This document shows positions 63,879 through 64,000 of a stretch of 64,000 bases of DNA, piece by piece (within the stretch, counting starts at the first letter, position 1; each line of letters opens with the position of its first letter). A program made the position numbers and the translations under genes. Source of the stretch: an uncultured Candidatus Saccharibacteria bacterium (GTDB lineage Bacteria; Patescibacteriota; Saccharimonadia; CAILAD01; JADZBC01); contig CAYPSN010000001.1 of assembly GCA_964413715.1 (NCBI GenBank), forward strand, positions 135,573-199,572. The letters are read 5' to 3'. The notes beneath the pieces were generated by a model, which saw only the letters and a program-made list of their open reading frames with translations, searched no databases and was not told where the DNA came from.

Positions 63879-64000
63879 TTTAAGCTTCGTGGTGAGCCAC
63901 GCGTTTATTTATTTCTTCCCAGTCAATGGCCGCCATGAACTTGGTAACGTATTCTTTGCGAGCTGTACCGTAATCTAAAAAATACGCATGTTCATACACG
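63879..64000 (-). CDS. sodA: Fe/Mn superoxide dismutase, C-terminal fragment (gene continues beyond window)
   Basis: YEHAYFLDYGTARKEYVTKFMAAIDWEEINKRVAHHEA matches the SOD C-terminal domain; stop at 63879. Confidence 0.7.

Noticed and set aside
1-64000. tRNA, rRNA, transposase or integrase genes
   Set aside because: I found no T-arm/acceptor-like tRNA signatures, no rRNA-like stretches and no DDE or tyrosine-recombinase-like ORFs by eye. tRNAscan/Infernal are needed to be certain.

Overview
The window has a low-GC (~45-48%) backbone of conserved housekeeping genes typical of a reduced, Gram-positive-like or Patescibacteria/Saccharibacteria-like genome. Recognisable backbone genes include type IV pilin, metK behind a SAM-I riboswitch, aroQ-tyrA, an ABC-2 transporter, archaeal-type aspS and glyQS, scpAB, der, pth, dprA, topA, a VirD4/TraD-like coupling ATPase, a reduced dcw cluster (mraZ-rsmH-ftsL-ftsI-mraY-ftsW-murG-ftsQ), recO, peroxiredoxin and a partial sodA. 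I saw no rRNA, tRNA, CRISPR array, transposase or integrase.

The most striking feature is a mosaic. About 28 GC-rich (about 58-65%) single-gene or two-gene cassettes are interleaved with the backbone in both orientations. Each has its own near-consensus sigma70 promoter (ATTGACA/T, 16-17 bp spacer, TATAAT-like -10), a strong ribosome-binding site, and a GC-rich hairpin terminator. The promoter and terminator modules fall into recurring, clearly related families. Most cassette products are ORFans or small membrane proteins. Recognisable ones include a GHKL-type ATPase two-gene operon with a palindromic operator, an ICMT-family methyltransferase, an M50 site-2 protease, a tandem ThyX-like protein and a lysine-rich HupB-tail-like protein.

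Other notable elements: a leaderless tyrosine/phenylalanine-codon leader-peptide attenuator upstream of aroQ-tyrA; several leaderless mRNAs; a minimal LPXTG peptide-sortase-GT2 surface locus; a DUF2779 nuclease/exonuclease + DUF1905 operon; a ~390-nt highly structured GC-rich non-coding region; and (CAAAAA)n repeats plus a tiny basic ORF inside the dcw cluster.
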